Shown here: positions 49,422 through 50,158 of the stretch, one piece after another | Layout of the letters: every line of letters starts with the position of its first letter | Position numbering within the stretch: position 1 is the stretch's first letter | Assembly (NCBI GenBank): GCA_030611045.1 | Contig: JAUWQN010000003.1 | Coordinates: forward strand, 1 to 50,158 | Origin: Methanosarcinales archaeon | GTDB lineage: Archaea > Halobacteriota > Syntropharchaeia > Alkanophagales > Methanospirareceae | Length of the DNA: 50,158 bases | Direction of reading: 5' to 3' | Made by a program: the position numbers and the translations under genes | Notes under the pieces: model-generated | Databases searched by the model: none | Told to the model about the DNA's origin: nothing | What the model saw: only the letters and a program-made list of their open reading frames with translations

Positions 49422-49550
49422 TCAGAGATACGTCATCACTGTAATCACCGAACCAATCATTATCAACGCCAATCCTATGCCTATTATCGCTCTCTGCCAT
49501 CTCCCATTCGCTTTATCCTTCATCCAGCAGCATTCTTTTTTCGCCATCAT
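49422..49550 (-). CDS. Possible 42-aa single-pass membrane peptide
   Basis: MMAKKECCWMKDKANGRWQRAIIGIGLALIMIGSVITVMTYL, with purine-rich AAGGTAAGGA upstream. Confidence 0.4.
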   Translation of the reverse strand: MMAKKECCWMKDKANGRWQRAIIGIGLALIMIGSVITVMTYL

Positions 49551-50040
49551 TTATCCTTACCTTTACACCCTATTAAGTTCTTTGTGTAATCCCGAGCCCA
49601 ACAGTAGGAGTAACATTTCTAATTCCCCCATCGAGACCGAAGCAAACACAAAATAATTAACACTTACATCTCACAACTGTAAACTTTATATGTCCTCTGA
49701 CTACAATTGTTGTGGCTTGCAACATACACCGAAGTTATCTGCCATCCTGTTAAGAGGAAAGAAAAAATAGAGAGAAGGTTAGTTAATGCTATTCCCCTTC
49801 TCACCTTCACCCATAGGAATCACCACAAATGTTTGGTTTGGATACACTTCGATTCGGTTCTTCTCGATTCCGTCTTCTTGTATGATAATCAGTTGCTTTA
49901 ACAGGACCCACTAAAGCTGCCTGTTTGCTTTGTGTAAATGACTGCATAGCGCCTGTTCTTGCATCTATCACATAGATTTTGAAGATACCGTGTGCTTCGC
50001 CATATGGTTCGCATGTGAGTAACTGCTCAATATCTTGTGG

Positions 50041-50108
50041 GTTTATAAATACTAAACTCTAAATCCGAAATACTAAACAAATCCAAATGACCGAAATAAG
50101 AAATCCAA
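50041..50108 (+). repeat. Degenerate heptamer tandem repeats (TAAATAC-TAAACTC-TAAATCC-GAAATAC...)
   Basis: Visible 7-nt periodicity. The first 31 bp match the reverse complement of 29776-29806 at 29/31. Confidence 0.7.
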
Positions 50109-50158
50109 AACAGTATGATTTAGAAGAACGAACGCTAAAATTCGCAAAGGATGTGATA
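50087..50158 (+). CDS. Four-helix-bundle protein (23S rRNA IVS / S23-like family), 5' part, running off the window
   Basis: MTEIRNPKQYDLEERTLKFAKDVI matches the usual DLEERT..FA N-terminus and is preceded by heptamer repeats. Confidence 0.7.
   Translation, partial: MTEIRNPKQYDLEERTLKFAKDVI

Noticed and set aside
49220-49444. 74-aa ORF as a real gene
   Set aside because: It is a chimera of repeat DNA and the duplicated lhr end, with a TTG start inside a repeat.
48369-50158. Diversity-generating retroelement (repeat pair plus Avd-like four-helix bundle)
   Set aside because: The mismatches are all synonymous and not confined to adenines, and there is no reverse transcriptase in the window.
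1-50158. CRISPR array, tRNA or rRNA genes
   Set aside because: I saw no regularly spaced repeat-spacer units and no cloverleaf or rRNA signatures by eye. Small ncRNAs cannot be excluded without covariance searches.

Overview
Archaeal chromosomal window, most consistent with a methane- or alkane-cycling Halobacteriota member of the ANME-1/Methanophagales type. This is inferred from mtd, the archaeal-type thrS, srp54 and elp3, the corrinoid and RamA-type genes, TATA-like promoters and U-rich terminators. Most of the window is housekeeping: srp54, purM, ileS, pyrE/pyrF, elp3, thrS, tyrA, mtd, guaAB, rps8/rps14, trpS, purS and an ABC exporter. The standout is a four-gene minus-strand cluster at 4480-9852 encoding a Pup/UBact-like protein-tagging system: an ARC/Mpa-like AAA ATPase, a PafA-like ligase with Cys at the catalytic Asp position, a Dop-like enzyme, and an 83-aa disordered tag ending TSGE. 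No 20S subunit genes lie in the cluster. Immediately downstream is a degenerate integron-like unit: a frameshifted integrase N-terminus and two attC-like hairpins bracketing a gene with a HEPN (RxxxxH) motif. The left end holds an IS1634 nested inside an IS701. The right end holds a broken lhr helicase gene whose 3' end is duplicated (synonymous differences only) around a hicBA module, dispersed small repeats, and the start of a heptamer-flanked four-helix-bundle gene. All family assignments come from motif recognition by eye; no searches were run.
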